Below, piece by piece: positions 27,130 to 38,967 of a stretch of DNA of 64,000 nt. How positions within the stretch are numbered: the first letter of the stretch is position 1; every line of letters starts with the position of its first letter. The notes below the pieces were generated by a model. That model was given only the letters and a program-made list of their open reading frames with translations. It was not told the DNA's origin and did no database searches. The translations under genes and the position numbers were made by a program. This stretch comes from Pseudomonas aeruginosa PAO1 (GTDB lineage: Bacteria > Pseudomonadota > Gammaproteobacteria > Pseudomonadales > Pseudomonadaceae): the NCBI RefSeq assembly GCF_000006765.1, contig NC_002516.2; one strand, given 5' to 3'.

Positions 27130-28071
27130 CTATGCGTCCCAGGCCGCCAGCAGGCGTCGATGCTCGCGGTGCGCCGCCTCCTGCACCGTCGGCAGCAGCC
27201 GCACCCGCTGGCCTGGCAGGCATTGCGCCAGGCGCGCCAGCGCCAGCGGGGCGAGGGCGCCGAGACGGGGGTAGCCGCCGATGGTCTGCCGGTCGTTGAG
27301 CAGGACGATCGGCTGACCGTCCGGCGGCACCTGCACCGCGCCGAGGGCGATGCCTTCGGAAATCATCGACTGCTGCCGGCATTCCAGGCGCGGGCCGAGC
27401 AGACGTACGCCCATGCGGTCGGCGCGTGTATCCACCTGCCAGTCGCCGTTGAACGCATCGAACAGGCTCATGGCCGGGAAGTCGCCGATCTGCGCGCCGA
27501 GGATCAGCTCCAGGCGCGCTTCGCCGGTGCAGTCCATGATCCGTTCGCTGGGCAGGGGCAGCGCGCGCGGTCGCGCGCCATCGGCCAGCCAGCCGAGGCT
27601 GTCGCCTGCGGCCAGGGCTTTGCCGTCGGCGCGGGGGCCGCCCAGGCCTTCGCGGGCCACCGTGGCCAGGCTGCCCAACTGGCGCTCGCCGGCGAAGCCG
27701 CCGGGCGCCGCCAGGTAGGCGCGGGCGCCCTGGCGCGGGTGGGCGAAGGCCAGGCGCTGGCCGCCGCGCACGGCGAACGCGCCCCAGGCCGGTAGCGGCT
27801 GGCCATCGAGGGTCGCGCCGAGATCGCCGCCGGCCAGGGCCAACCAGCCGTCGGCACGGCAGTCGGCGACGAAACCGCCGAGGGCGATCTCGATCACCGC
27901 GGCGTCCAGGGGATTGCCCAGCAGCCAGTTGGCCCAGCCCATGGACAGCCAGTCGAGGGCGCCGCCCTGGGTCACGCCGAGATGGCGGCAACCGAAGCGG
28001 CCGCGATCCTGCAACTGGACCAGCGGGGTGCTCTGGCACACCCGCAGGCCGCCGTGGATGGAGTCGTTCAT
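27130..28071 (-). CDS. pxpC: 5-oxoprolinase subunit C (KipA/AHS2 family)
   Basis: QDRGRFG, GALD, ADRMGVRL, GAVQVPPDGQPIVLLNDRQTIGGYP. Confidence 0.88.
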   Translation of the reverse strand: MNDSIHGGLRVCQSTPLVQLQDRGRFGCRHLGVTQGGALDWLSMGWANWLLGNPLDAAVIEIALGGFVADCRADGWLALAGGDLGATLDGQPLPAWGAFAVRGGQRLAFAHPRQGARAYLAAPGGFAGERQLGSLATVAREGLGGPRADGKALAAGDSLGWLADGARPRALPLPSERIMDCTGEARLELILGAQIGDFPAMSLFDAFNGDWQVDTRADRMGVRLLGPRLECRQQSMISEGIALGAVQVPPDGQPIVLLNDRQTIGGYPRLGALAPLALARLAQCLPGQRVRLLPTVQEAAHREHRRLLAAWDA

Positions 28072-28781
28072 GCCTGGACCTCCAGGGGCGTGTCGTCGCC
28101 GCCGAGACGGACGAATTCGGCGTGTCCGATGGGTTCGAAACGCACCCGGTCGCCGGCGCGCAGCAGGCTGTAGCCGTCCAGGGTGAGGTCGAACAGGCGC
28201 ACCGGGCAGCGCCCGAGCAGGTTCCAGCCGCCTGGCGAGGCCTGCGGATAGACCGCCGTCTGGCGCTCGGCGATGCCGACGCTGCCGGCGGCGATGCGTT
28301 GCCGGGGAGTCGCCAGACGGGGTGCCGCCAGGGCTTCCTCGACCAGCCCCATGAAGGCGAAGCCGGGGCTGAAACCGAGGGCGAAGACCCGGTACTCGCG
28401 CTGGCTGTGGCGGCGGATCAGCTCGGCGACGCCGAGCTGCTTGCGCCGCGCCAGGGGGGCCAGGTCGGGGCCGACCCGCGGGTCGTACCAGGTCGGCAGG
28501 ATGTGCAGACGGCCGCCGTCCTGGCGTTTCGGGCGCAAGTCGGACAGCGCCGCGGCGATCCGCGCGCGGGCCTCGCCAGGGTCGAGCTGGAGCAGGTCGT
28601 ATTGCAGGAGCAGGGTGGTGTAGGACGGCACCAGGTCGAGCAGGGCGGCGCCGAACGCCGCCCGCAGGTTTTCCTCCGCCGCCAGCAGCCAGGGCATGTT
28701 GGCTTCGTCGATGCGCTCGAACAGGCGCAGGACGAAGCTGTCGATGGCGGCCACCTCGATGCGCGGTTGCGGTTGGCTCAT
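28068..28781 (-). CDS. pxpB: 5-oxoprolinase subunit B (KipI/AHS1 family)
   Basis: [43 protein letters not shown]. Confidence 0.9.
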
Positions 28782-29521
28782 GCCGCCTCCAGGGCGTCGC
28801 GGATGCGCCGCACCGCAGCCAGCGAGGCGGGGTTGTCGCCGTGTACGCAGAGGGTCTGCGCCTCCAGCGCCAGGGCGCTGCCGTCGCTGGCTCGCAGCGC
28901 CGCGCCACGGGCCAGCAGGAGGGCCTGGGCGAGCACCGTCTCGGCGTCGTGGTGTACCGCGCCGGGCTGGCTGCGCGAGACCAGGTAGCCGGCGCCGTCG
29001 TAGGCGCGGTCGGCGAACGCCTCGAACCACAGCTCGATGCCGTGGGCCTCGCCCAGCGCGCGCGCCGCGGTGTTGTCGCGGGTGCTCATCAGCATCAGCG
29101 GCAGGGTGCGGTCGTAGGCCGCCAGTGCGCGCAGCACGGCGGCGAGGATCGCCGGGTCGCGCATCATGTCCTGGTACAGGGCGCCATGCGGCTTGACGTA
29201 GCGTACCCGCGTGCCCTGGGCGCGGCAGAGTCCGTCGAGGGCGCCGATCTGGTAGAGCAGCAGGTCTTCCACTTCCTGCGCCGAGCAGGCCAGCGAGCGC
29301 CGGCCGAAGCCGACCAGGTCGGGGTAGCCGGGGTGCGCGCCGATGCGCACGCCATGCTCCACCGCCAGGGCCACGGTGCGGCGCATGGTGCCGGGATCGC
29401 CGGCGTGGAAGCCGCAGGCGATGTTGGCGCAATCGATCAGCGGCATCACCTCGGCGTCCAGGCCCATGCGCCAGGCACCGAAGCTCTCGCCGATATCGCA
29501 GTTCAACAACAGGTTGTTCAT
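28778..29521 (-). CDS. pxpA: 5-oxoprolinase subunit A (LamB/YcsF family)
   Basis: [44 protein letters not shown]. Confidence 0.92.
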
Positions 29522-29553
29522 GCAGGTTCCTTCAGGTCATTGCTCGCCGGACC

Positions 29554-30783
29554 TCACCACAGCGCCAGGCTGTAGCTGAGGATCAGGCGATTTTCGTCGA
29601 GGTCGTTGGCGAAATTCGAACGCACCGTGGCGTTGCGCCATTTCACCCCGAGGTTCTTCAGCGGCCCGCTCTGCACCACGTAGCCGAGGTCGGTGTTGCG
29701 TTCCCATTCCTTGCCGTCGTTGGCCGCGCCGCGGGCGACGTTGTCGCCGGAGACGTAGCGGCTCATGAAGCTCAGGCCGGGCAGGCCGAGCGCGCCGAAA
29801 TCGTAGTCGTAGCGCAGTTGCCAGGAACGCTCGTCGACGTTGCCGAAGTCGCCGATCTGGATGAAGTTGACCAGGTACGGGTCGCTGCCGGCGATGTAGG
29901 GATAGGGATCGTCGCCACTGATCCGCTGGTAGCCGGCGGCCACCGCGTGGGCGCCCAGGCGCAGGCTGAAGAGGGCGCCGAAGGCGCGGTTGTCCAGTTC
30001 GCGGAAGCCGCCGTCCTCGCTGGCCCGGGCGAAGCGCAGGTCGCTCTTGAGCGAACGCTGTCCGCCGAGGTCGAGGGTGTGTACCAGGCCGGCGAAGGTC
30101 TGTCGGTAGATGTCCTTGAGCCGACCCTGGTGCAGGCTGGCGGTCAGCGCCGGGGTCAGGCGATAGTCGCCGCCGGCGAAGTCGAAGGCATCGCTGCGCC
30201 CGCCGATGCGGTTGGCGCTGAACACCTGGTAGTCGCTGGAGCTGTTCAGCTTGTTGCGGTCCAGGTGCGCGCCGCGCAGGGTCAGGCCGTCGATCTCCTG
30301 CACGTCGAGCAGCGCGCCACGGAACAGTTCCGGCAGCAGGCGGGTGTCGTTGGCCGAGACCAGCGGGCTCTTGAAGTGCAGCGCGCCGACCTTGAGCAGG
30401 CTGTTGGAGACCCGCGCCTTGGCGGTCAGGCCGAGCTTGGCGTAGTCATCCTGGGAGCCGCCGGCGGAGCCGTCGGCCGGCAGCAGCCCGGTTCCTCCGC
30501 TGCCGCTGCCGGAGTCGAGCTTGAAGCCGAGCAGGCCGATGGCGTCGACGCCGAAGCCGACGGTGCCTTCGCTGAAGCCGGACTCCAGGCGCAGGAGGAA
30601 GCCCTGCGCCCATTCGTCGGCGTTGTCGCGCGCGCCGCTCTGGCGGAAGTCGCGATTGAAGTAGAAGTTGCGCAGTTCGAGGCTGGCGTGGCTGTCCTCG
30701 ACCAGGTCGGCCTGGGCGAGCAGCGGCCAGCCCAGCCCGCTGCCGGCGAGCAGCGCGGCAGCCAGGCGGGGAGTGGGATGCAT
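29554..30783 (-). CDS. opdO: OprD-family outer-membrane porin (pyroglutamate porin)
   Basis: LELRNFYFNRD, EWAQGF, DERSWQLRYDYDF, WERNTD, DENRLILSY; context with pxpABC. Confidence 0.88.
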   Translation of the reverse strand: MHPTPRLAAALLAGSGLGWPLLAQADLVEDSHASLELRNFYFNRDFRQSGARDNADEWAQGFLLRLESGFSEGTVGFGVDAIGLLGFKLDSGSGSGGTGLLPADGSAGGSQDDYAKLGLTAKARVSNSLLKVGALHFKSPLVSANDTRLLPELFRGALLDVQEIDGLTLRGAHLDRNKLNSSSDYQVFSANRIGGRSDAFDFAGGDYRLTPALTASLHQGRLKDIYRQTFAGLVHTLDLGGQRSLKSDLRFARASEDGGFRELDNRAFGALFSLRLGAHAVAAGYQRISGDDPYPYIAGSDPYLVNFIQIGDFGNVDERSWQLRYDYDFGALGLPGLSFMSRYVSGDNVARGAANDGKEWERNTDLGYVVQSGPLKNLGVKWRNATVRSNFANDLDENRLILSYSLALW

Positions 30784-30807
30784 GCTGGGATTTCCTCGGT
30801 CGACGGC

Positions 30808-32091
30808 TCAGAGTTCCAGTTGCTTGCCGCGGGTTTCCGGCAGGCTGAGGGCGGCGAGGATCACCACGCCGTAGGAGACCGCGGCGAAGGCGCCGATCCC
30901 CAGGCCCAGCGAGAGCTTCTGGCCGAGCATGCCGATCAGCATCGGGAACAGCGCGGCGATGGCGCGCCCGGCGTTGTAGCAGAAGCCCTGGCCGGAGCCG
31001 CGGATGCGGGTTGGGAACAGTTCGGTGAGGAACGAGCCCATGCCGCTGAAGATGCCCGAGGCGAAGAAGCCGAGCGGGAAGCCGAGCCAGAGCATGGCGC
31101 CGTTGCTCACCGGCAACTGGGTGTAGAGCAGGACCACGGTGAAGGAGCCGACGGCGAACAGGACGAAGTTCTTCTTGCGCCCGATCAGGTCGGTGAGGAA
31201 GGCACTGACCACGTAGCCGACGTAGGAGCCGAGGATCACCATCGCCAGGTAGCCGCTGGTGCCGAGCACGGTCAGCCCGCGTTCGGTCTTGAGGAAGGTC
31301 GGCAGCCAGGCGGTGATGGCGTAGTAGCCGCCGAGCGCGCCGGTGGTCAGCAGCGAGGCGCGCAGGGTGATGCTGAGCATCCCGGGGGCGAAGATCTCGT
31401 AGAAGCTGACCTTGTCGGCGCCCTGGTTGCGTTGCCTGGCCTCGCGGTAGATCTCCGGTTCCTTGACCAGCCGGCGTACCACCAGGACGAACAGCGCCGG
31501 CAACAGGCCGAGCATGAACAGCGCGCGCCAGGCCTCTTCCGGCGGCAGCAGGCTGAACATCAGCGAGTATAGGATGGCGGTGAGGCCCCAGCCGATGGCC
31601 CAGCCGGACTGCACCAGGCCGACCGCCTTGCCGCGGTCGCGGGCCTTGATCACTTCGCCGATGAGTACCGCGCCGGCGGTCCATTCGCCACCGAAGCCGA
31701 AGCCCATCAGGGTCCGTGCGACCAGCAACTGCTCGTAGTTCTGCGCGAGGCCGCAGAGGAAGGTGAAGAAGGCGAACCAGAGCACCGTCAGTTGCAGGGT
31801 CAGCACCCGGCCGATGCGGTCGGAGAGGATCCCGGCGATCCAGCCGCCGGCGGCGGAGGCGAGCAGGGTCATGGTGTGGATGAAGCCGGCTTCGCCGGTG
31901 CCGATCCCCCACAGGGCGATCAGGGTAGGGATCACGAAGCTGAGCATCTGGGTGTCCATGCCGTCCAGGCCGTAGCCGATCTTGCAGCTCCAGAAGGCCC
32001 GGCGTTCCTGCTTGTCGAGGGCGCGATACCAGCCGAAATGACCGTCCCGGGAAGCGTCCGGGCCGGCGTCGAGGGTCATGTGTTTTTCCAT
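30808..32091 (-). CDS. MFS transporter (aromatic acid/sugar-acid type)
   Basis: LDGMD, GILSDRIGR, GFGFGGEW, TELFPTRIR; alternative start 32079. Confidence 0.9.
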   Translation of the reverse strand: MEKHMTLDAGPDASRDGHFGWYRALDKQERRAFWSCKIGYGLDGMDTQMLSFVIPTLIALWGIGTGEAGFIHTMTLLASAAGGWIAGILSDRIGRVLTLQLTVLWFAFFTFLCGLAQNYEQLLVARTLMGFGFGGEWTAGAVLIGEVIKARDRGKAVGLVQSGWAIGWGLTAILYSLMFSLLPPEEAWRALFMLGLLPALFVLVVRRLVKEPEIYREARQRNQGADKVSFYEIFAPGMLSITLRASLLTTGALGGYYAITAWLPTFLKTERGLTVLGTSGYLAMVILGSYVGYVVSAFLTDLIGRKKNFVLFAVGSFTVVLLYTQLPVSNGAMLWLGFPLGFFASGIFSGMGSFLTELFPTRIRGSGQGFCYNAGRAIAALFPMLIGMLGQKLSLGLGIGAFAAVSYGVVILAALSLPETRGKQLEL

Positions 32092-32333
32092 GGGGGCACC
32101 GATCGTCGTTATTGGTGTTATGAAGATTCGGTGGGCGCCGTCGCACCCGGTGGTCGCATTCTTCGAGGCTGGCCAGCGAGCGTCCAACTAATTTATGCGG
32201 CCGCCGGGGATAAGAAATTTCGATGGCGGAGCAGGCCGTCATGCGTCGATCATGTGCCGCCGGAAGGTGGGCGCTGGCATGGAAGCTGCTCGCTCCCGCC
32301 ACCTTGTGTCCCTTGCCCGTCGGTACCCGCCAC

Positions 32334-33287
32334 ATGAACCTGAAATTCCTCGAGACCTTCGTCTGGGTCGCGCGCCTGAAGAGCTTCCGCCTCACCGCGG
32401 AGAAGCTGTTCAGCACCCAGGCTTCCATTTCCAGCCGGATCGCCGTGCTGGAGGACGAACTCGGCGTGAAACTGTTCGTCCGCGACTCGCGCGGCGTGAC
32501 CCTGACCCCGGAAGGCGACAAGGTACTGGCCTACGCCGAGCGGATGATGGACACCATGCACGCGCTGAAGCAGTCGCTCGACACCGGCGCCAGCACCCAG
32601 GGACGGATTCGTATCGGCGCCATGGACACGGTCATCCACACCTGGCTGAGCCCGTTGGTGGCCAGGGTCACGGAAACCTTCCCGGCGGTGGAGATCGAGC
32701 TGATGGCGGACACCGCGCGCAACCTCTCCGAGCAGTTGCAGAAGGGCTACCTGGACCTGATCTTCCAGACCGACTCGCTGCGCCACGAGTCGGTGCTGAA
32801 CCTCGAACTGGGCAGCTATCCGCTGCGCTGGATCGTTTCCACCGGCTCGATCTACCACCGCGACTACGCCTCGCTGGCGGACCTGGCGCGGGAGCGGGTG
32901 GTGACCTTCTCCAAGCACTCGCGGCCGCACCAGGACGTGCTCGGCCTGCTGCACGCCAACGGCGTCGCGGCGCCGCGCCTGAACTGCGTGAACTCGGTGG
33001 CGGCGATGACCCGCCTGCTGCGCGACGGCTTCGGCGTCGGCGCTTTGCCGCCGGCGCTGGTCAGCCAGGAACTGGAACGCGGCGAACTGACCCTGCTGCG
33101 CCTCGGCCCGCCGCCGCCGAACCTGCCGGTGGTGGTGTCCTGGCGCGGCGGCACCGGCCTGGAACTGGTGGACGAAGTGGTGGAGCTGAGCAAGGCGGTG
33201 CTGGCCGACTACGCGGCCAACGTCGGCCCGGAGTGCATGCTCCTGGCGCCGCTGAAGAAAGGAGTGGGGCGGCTGCGTTCGCGCTGA
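32334..33287 (+). CDS. LysR-family regulator
   Basis: MNLKFLETF...[24 protein letters not shown]. Confidence 0.93.
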   Translation: MNLKFLETFVWVARLKSFRLTAEKLFSTQASISSRIAVLEDELGVKLFVRDSRGVTLTPEGDKVLAYAERMMDTMHALKQSLDTGASTQGRIRIGAMDTVIHTWLSPLVARVTETFPAVEIELMADTARNLSEQLQKGYLDLIFQTDSLRHESVLNLELGSYPLRWIVSTGSIYHRDYASLADLARERVVTFSKHSRPHQDVLGLLHANGVAAPRLNCVNSVAAMTRLLRDGFGVGALPPALVSQELERGELTLLRLGPPPPNLPVVVSWRGGTGLELVDEVVELSKAVLADYAANVGPECMLLAPLKKGVGRLRSR

Positions 33288-33393
33288 TTCGGATTTTCCG
33301 ATCGCCCCTGGCGGAAAAATCTCGTTGGACGCTGACCGCCGTCCGCTTCTACAAACCTGCCAACAACGACGTCCGCCAGCGCACGGAGCCGCC

Positions 33394-34191
33394 ATGCCCG
33401 AACCGACCTTCCACGAACTCGCGCAACTGCCGCCGCCGGTCCTGCGCCAACTGATCCGCCGCGGCGACTACACCGGCCATACCAGCGGCCTCGGCCAGCG
33501 CCACTTGCAGGCCAACCTGGTGATCCTGCAGAAATCCTGGGCCGACGAGTTCCTTCGCTTCTGTGCCCTGAACCCCCGGGCCTGCCCGCTGCTCGACGTC
33601 AGCGAACCCGGCTCGCCGCACTTCGCCAGGCTCGGCGCGGATATCGACGTGCGCAGCGACCTGCCGCGCTACAGGGTGCATCGACGCGGTCAGGAGCCCG
33701 TCGAGGTGAGCGACATCGGCACCTTCTGGGAGGCGGATTTCGTCGCCTTCGCCATCGGCTGCTCGTTCTCCTTCGAACAGGCGTTGCTCGACGCCGGCAT
33801 CGGCCTGCGCCACCTCGAGCTGGGGCGCAACGTGACGATGTACCGCAGCTCCATCGCTACCCGGCCGAGCGGTCGCCTGGCCGGGCCCACGGTGGTATCG
33901 ATGCGGCCGTTGAAGGCCGCCGAGGCGATCCGGGCGATCCAGGTCACCAGCCGCTTCCCTATGACCCATGGCGCACCGCTGCACCTGGGCGATCCGGCGC
34001 TGATCGGCATCCGCGATCTGGCGCGGCCCGACTACGGCGACCCGGTGCCGCTCGCGGCGGACGAGATCCCGCTGTTCTGGGCCTGCGGGGTCACGCCCCA
34101 GGCGGTGCTCGCCGAGGTTCAGCCGGAGCTGTACATCAGTCACGCGCCGGGGCACATGCTGGTCAGCGACCGACTCTACGACGAGCTCTGA
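33394..34191 (+). CDS. DUF1445 / YcsI / D-glutamate cyclase-family protein
   Basis: [53 protein letters not shown]. Confidence 0.85.
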   Translation: MPEPTFHELAQLPPPVLRQLIRRGDYTGHTSGLGQRHLQANLVILQKSWADEFLRFCALNPRACPLLDVSEPGSPHFARLGADIDVRSDLPRYRVHRRGQEPVEVSDIGTFWEADFVAFAIGCSFSFEQALLDAGIGLRHLELGRNVTMYRSSIATRPSGRLAGPTVVSMRPLKAAEAIRAIQVTSRFPMTHGAPLHLGDPALIGIRDLARPDYGDPVPLAADEIPLFWACGVTPQAVLAEVQPELYISHAPGHMLVSDRLYDEL

Positions 34192-35156
34192 GAGGCGTCG
34201 TCCTTCGCCGGACCGGGGATGATCGCCAGGTGGCGCAGGGCATCCGGCTCCAGGCTGTAGCTCTTGCCGCTCGGCGCTTCGATGAGCCGCCCGAGGGCGT
34301 AGAGGGTGAAGTAGCGCACCGTTTCGGCGCAACCGAGGATGTCTTCGAGGTAGCGCCGATGCGGATAGCCCTGCAAGGTTTCCGGAGCGACGTAGAGGAA
34401 TACCGGCTTGCCGTCGATGCGGTCGCGGAACTTGAAGCGGAAGCCCTGCGGCCGGCTCGGCGCACCGTAGCGCCGGACCAGGTCGGCGCCGCCGTAGAAT
34501 ACCTTGCCGGCGCTGCCCGGGGTGGCATAGCCGATGTGCTGGAAATAGGCGCGCAGCGGTATCCGGCCGAGGCCGCTGATGCGGATGTCCAGTTGCTTGA
34601 ACTCTTCCGCCGGCAGCTCGGCGCGGGCCTGGCGGAAGGTGTCGACGAGCTGTTCGAAATCGCGGGTGCGCCGCCGCCGTTGCGTTCTCTGCCGAGGCGC
34701 GGCGGGAGCGTCGGCGCGCACTGCGGCGGAGGCCGGCGGCTGTTCCTCGGCGTCCGGGTCCGCTGGTGGCGGCGCGGCTTCCTCGGCGATGGCCGGATCG
34801 AATTCCTCGACGTAGGCGTCCAGCTTGTCGCGGATGCGCCGCTGGCCGGCCTCCTCGGCGGATTCGCCCGGGCGCAGAGCGTCCTCGTCGTCCTCGACGA
34901 ACCACTCGCAGTTCGGCAGGTGGGTGGAGTGCGGGAACTTGCTGAAGTGCGCGGCCTTGCGGGTGTCCTGCGGCAGCTTGTCGTAGTTGCTCGCCGATAC
35001 CTTGATCCCCTGTGCCCGGCACCCTTCGCTGGAGCAGAGGAAGTCGAAGCGTTTGCGCGGCTCGGCCTGGGAGAAGTATTCGCGGCGGGCACTGGCGATG
35101 GAGATCACCCGATCCAGTTGCACGCAGTAGGCCAGTGCTATCCGTTTGAACGCCAT
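34176..35156 (-). CDS. Hypothetical protein with N-terminal C-x4-C...H-x3-C Zn-finger-like motif
   Basis: 326 aa ORF, host-like codon usage, acidic/Pro-rich linker. Confidence 0.7.
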   Translation of the reverse strand: MAFKRIALAYCVQLDRVISIASARREYFSQAEPRKRFDFLCSSEGCRAQGIKVSASNYDKLPQDTRKAAHFSKFPHSTHLPNCEWFVEDDEDALRPGESAEEAGQRRIRDKLDAYVEEFDPAIAEEAAPPPADPDAEEQPPASAAVRADAPAAPRQRTQRRRRTRDFEQLVDTFRQARAELPAEEFKQLDIRISGLGRIPLRAYFQHIGYATPGSAGKVFYGGADLVRRYGAPSRPQGFRFKFRDRIDGKPVFLYVAPETLQGYPHRRYLEDILGCAETVRYFTLYALGRLIEAPSGKSYSLEPDALRHLAIIPGPAKDDASQSSS

Positions 35157-35264
35157 GTTCCCAGTCCTTCCGCCGGTTCGAGCGGGCCATTATGGCGCCT
35201 GGCGATGGGTAGGCAAGCCGGCGGCCTCCCGCGCCTGCCGAAGCCGGACGCACGGCCTCGCTCG

Positions 35265-35301
35265 AATTCAAGCGCAAGAACCGGAGTTCTTGCGCTTGAA
35301 T
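35265..35301. promoter_or_regulatory. Ada box embedded in a perfect 16-bp inverted repeat
   Basis: AAT-N6-GCAA at 35265-35277; arms ATTCAAGCGCAAGAAC (35266-35281) and GTTCTTGCGCTTGAAT (35286-35301), loop CGGA. Confidence 0.75.
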
Positions 35302-35347
35302 GGCGAATTAGTCTGCGGGCATCATCCGCTCCCACAGGGGAAACGCC

Positions 35348-36424
<1,077 letters not shown>

Positions 36425-36457
36425 ACCCAAGGCCAGGCGATACGCGGCCCGGAATGC

Positions 36458-36481
36458 AAAAAGCCCACTCGATGGTGGGCT
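36458..36481 (-). terminator. Rho-independent terminator for the minus-strand DUF2790 gene
   Basis: Minus strand AGCCCAC-CATCGA-GTGGGCT hairpin followed by a T run. Confidence 0.65.
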
Positions 36482-36590
36482 CTATGCAATGGGGCGCTGG
36501 TCCTTCAGCTGGTTCCAGTATCCATGTCAGCGGTGAAAATTTCGTGAAATGAAACGACAACCCTGACCGTTCGTCCTTTCCTCCGTCGTT

Positions 36591-36833
36591 TCATTCGTCG
36601 CTGCACGCACGCGCCTGCTTCAGGTAGTGCAACACCTGGCGCTCGCCGTGGGAGTCCAGGTACACCAGGGTGGCGCGCACCACCTGGCAGGTATCGCTGG
36701 GCGCCTCGTCGACGCTCAGCACCCTGGCCACGTCCAGCGGCATGCCGTAGACGTAGTCGGCAGTCGCCGCACCGGCGATGGCCGGCACCAGCAGTAGTGC
36801 GACGCAGCAGAGGTAGAGCTTGGCTCGGTTCAT
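36591..36833 (-). CDS. Small exported DUF2790-family protein
   Basis: Signal peptide, YVYGMPLDVARV, C-x-V, YLDSHG. Confidence 0.75.
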   Translation of the reverse strand: MNRAKLYLCCVALLLVPAIAGAATADYVYGMPLDVARVLSVDEAPSDTCQVVRATLVYLDSHGERQVLHYLKQARACSDE

Positions 36834-36958
36834 GGACGGTATCTCTCCATCCCCCCGCGAAGCGACGGCGCAAGGGCGCCGCCGACGCCATGGGTGGAAC
36901 CCGCTTCGTCGGTCGCGACGGGTTCGCCACCTCCGTCCAGCAGTATAGGATGACGGTC

Positions 36959-38059
36959 TCAGTGCGGCTTGATCGCCACCTTCAGTACGTTGTCACGCTG
37001 GTTGGCGAACAGGTCGTAAGCGGCGACGATGTCGTCGAGGCGGTATTCGTGGCTGACCAAAGGCCCGAGGTTGACCCGGCCCGAAGCCACGATATTGAGC
37101 AGTCGGCGCATGCGCTCCTTGCCGCCGGGGCACAGCGCGGTATTGATCCGGTGGTCGCCGAGGCCGGCGGCGAAGGCCGACAACGGAATCGTCAGGTCTT
37201 CCGAATAGACCCCGAGGCTGGAAAGGGTGCCGCCGGGCTTGAGCACCCTCAGGGCGGTCTCGAAGGTCGATTGCGTACCGAGTGCCTCGATCGAAGCATC
37301 CACGCCGCGCCCGCCGGTGAGTTTGAGAATTTCCTCGATCACGTCGCACTCCCTGAAGTTCAGCGTGACGTCGGCGCCCATTCCACGGGCGATATCGAGG
37401 CGATGGGCGTTGCCGTCGATGGCGATGATCGTGCTGGCGCCCAGCAGCCGGGCGCCGGCGGTGGCGCACAGGCCTATGGGACCCTGGGCGAAGATCGCCA
37501 CGCTATCGCCGATGCGGATGTTGGCGTTCTCCGCGCCCTTGAAGCCCGTGGACATGATGTCCGGACACATCAGCACCTGTTCGTCGCTGAGACCATCGGG
37601 TATGGGGGCAAGGTTGGCCTGAGCGTCGGGAACCAGCACATACTCGGCCTGGGTGCCGTCGATCAGGTTGCCGAAGCGCCAACCGGCGGTCGCCTTGTAG
37701 CCATGGCAGGCGCAACGGCCGGATTCCACCAGGTAGCTGCCGTCCTGCGACGGTACGCCGTCCTGGGCGGCATAGGAGTTGAAGTTGGGGCAGATGGCAC
37801 CGGCGATCACGCGTTGGCCTTCGCGGTAGCCGACCACCGCGCTGCCGAGCTTTTCGATGATCCCGACCGGCTCGTGGCCCACCGTCAGGCCGGGCGCGAC
37901 CGGATACTCGCCCTTGAGGATGTGCACGTCGGTGCCGCAGAGCGTGGTGGTGGTGATGCGCACCAATGCATCGTTCGGCCCCACGTCGGGAATCGGCTTG
38001 TCGACCAGCTCGATACGGCCGGGCTGGATGAATACGGCGGCTTTCATCATCTTGCTCAT
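36959..38059 (-). CDS. Zn-dependent NAD(P) alcohol dehydrogenase (MDR family)
   Basis: CGTD, GHE, GTQAEY, DIMSTG, QGPIG, CPGG. Confidence 0.93.
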   Translation of the reverse strand: MSKMMKAAVFIQPGRIELVDKPIPDVGPNDALVRITTTTLCGTDVHILKGEYPVAPGLTVGHEPVGIIEKLGSAVVGYREGQRVIAGAICPNFNSYAAQDGVPSQDGSYLVESGRCACHGYKATAGWRFGNLIDGTQAEYVLVPDAQANLAPIPDGLSDEQVLMCPDIMSTGFKGAENANIRIGDSVAIFAQGPIGLCATAGARLLGASTIIAIDGNAHRLDIARGMGADVTLNFRECDVIEEILKLTGGRGVDASIEALGTQSTFETALRVLKPGGTLSSLGVYSEDLTIPLSAFAAGLGDHRINTALCPGGKERMRRLLNIVASGRVNLGPLVSHEYRLDDIVAAYDLFANQRDNVLKVAIKPH

Positions 38060-38391
38060 GGAGCATCCTCACGGGTGGAGGCCCTGGGGCGGCACGGGGC
38101 GGGAAAGAACGGACGGATGCCAGGACAGTGGCGGAATTGCCGTCCGATGTCCTTGATATGGGTCATGGCCGCGATGGACGCGGGTTCGCGAAGTACCGAC
38201 CTGGCGTTTTTGCTGGGAAATGTCCTCGCCCGGTTCGCTGCGGAACTACCCAAGCCCCTTCGCTGTGGCTTGGGTCGACGCTGAACGCGGGAGGGCGGGG
38301 GCGTTGCACCCATGTCGGGAGTTCGCCGCGGCGGGCCGACGCTGCGCTCTTGGCAAAGGCAGCGTCGGGCCTTGGCCCAAAGGCTATCGCC

Positions 38392-38820
38392 TCAGGCCTT
38401 GCTCGCGGCCAGATAGGAGGCCAGGCGCCGGCCCATCTCCTCGCCGAGGGCCTGGAGGCCGCTCATGGGACGGACCATCACTTCGAAGTCGACGATCCGG
38501 CCGTCGTCGTCGAAGCGGATCATGTCGATGCCTTTCAGTTCGCGTTCGCCGACCCGTGCGCTGAATTCCAGCACCACGCTGCGGCCGTCGGCGCTGGCCA
38601 ACTGGCGGTGATAGGCGAAATCCTCGAAGACCGTGAGCACGGTATTCAGGATCATCGAGACCACCGGTGCGCCGGCATACGGCTTGTGCGCCATCGGCGA
38701 GCGGAACACGGCGTCGGGGTGCAGCAGGCGCGGCAACCCGGAGAGGTCGCGGCGGGCGATCAGCCCGTGCCATTCGGCGAGGGTGGCGGCGGCGTTGGCT
38801 TCGAGCGGCAGGCTGGTCAT
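38392..38820 (-). CDS. NTF2/SnoaL-like protein
   Basis: LHPDAVFRSP, LEFSARVG, GIDMIRFDDDGRIVDFEVMVRP. Confidence 0.8.
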   Translation of the reverse strand: MTSLPLEANAAATLAEWHGLIARRDLSGLPRLLHPDAVFRSPMAHKPYAGAPVVSMILNTVLTVFEDFAYHRQLASADGRSVVLEFSARVGERELKGIDMIRFDDDGRIVDFEVMVRPMSGLQALGEEMGRRLASYLAASKA

Positions 38821-38967
38821 ACGGTGGCTCCTCTGGCGGGTGCTGGACTGTATCCCCGGGGCGGCCTGGGGCCGGTTGCGGGGCGGAGCCTCACCATAGG
38901 TTGCGGGAAAGGCCTCGCTCAATGATCGAAAGTGACGGAAGACTGATCCTCGCGCGCAACCTATGAC

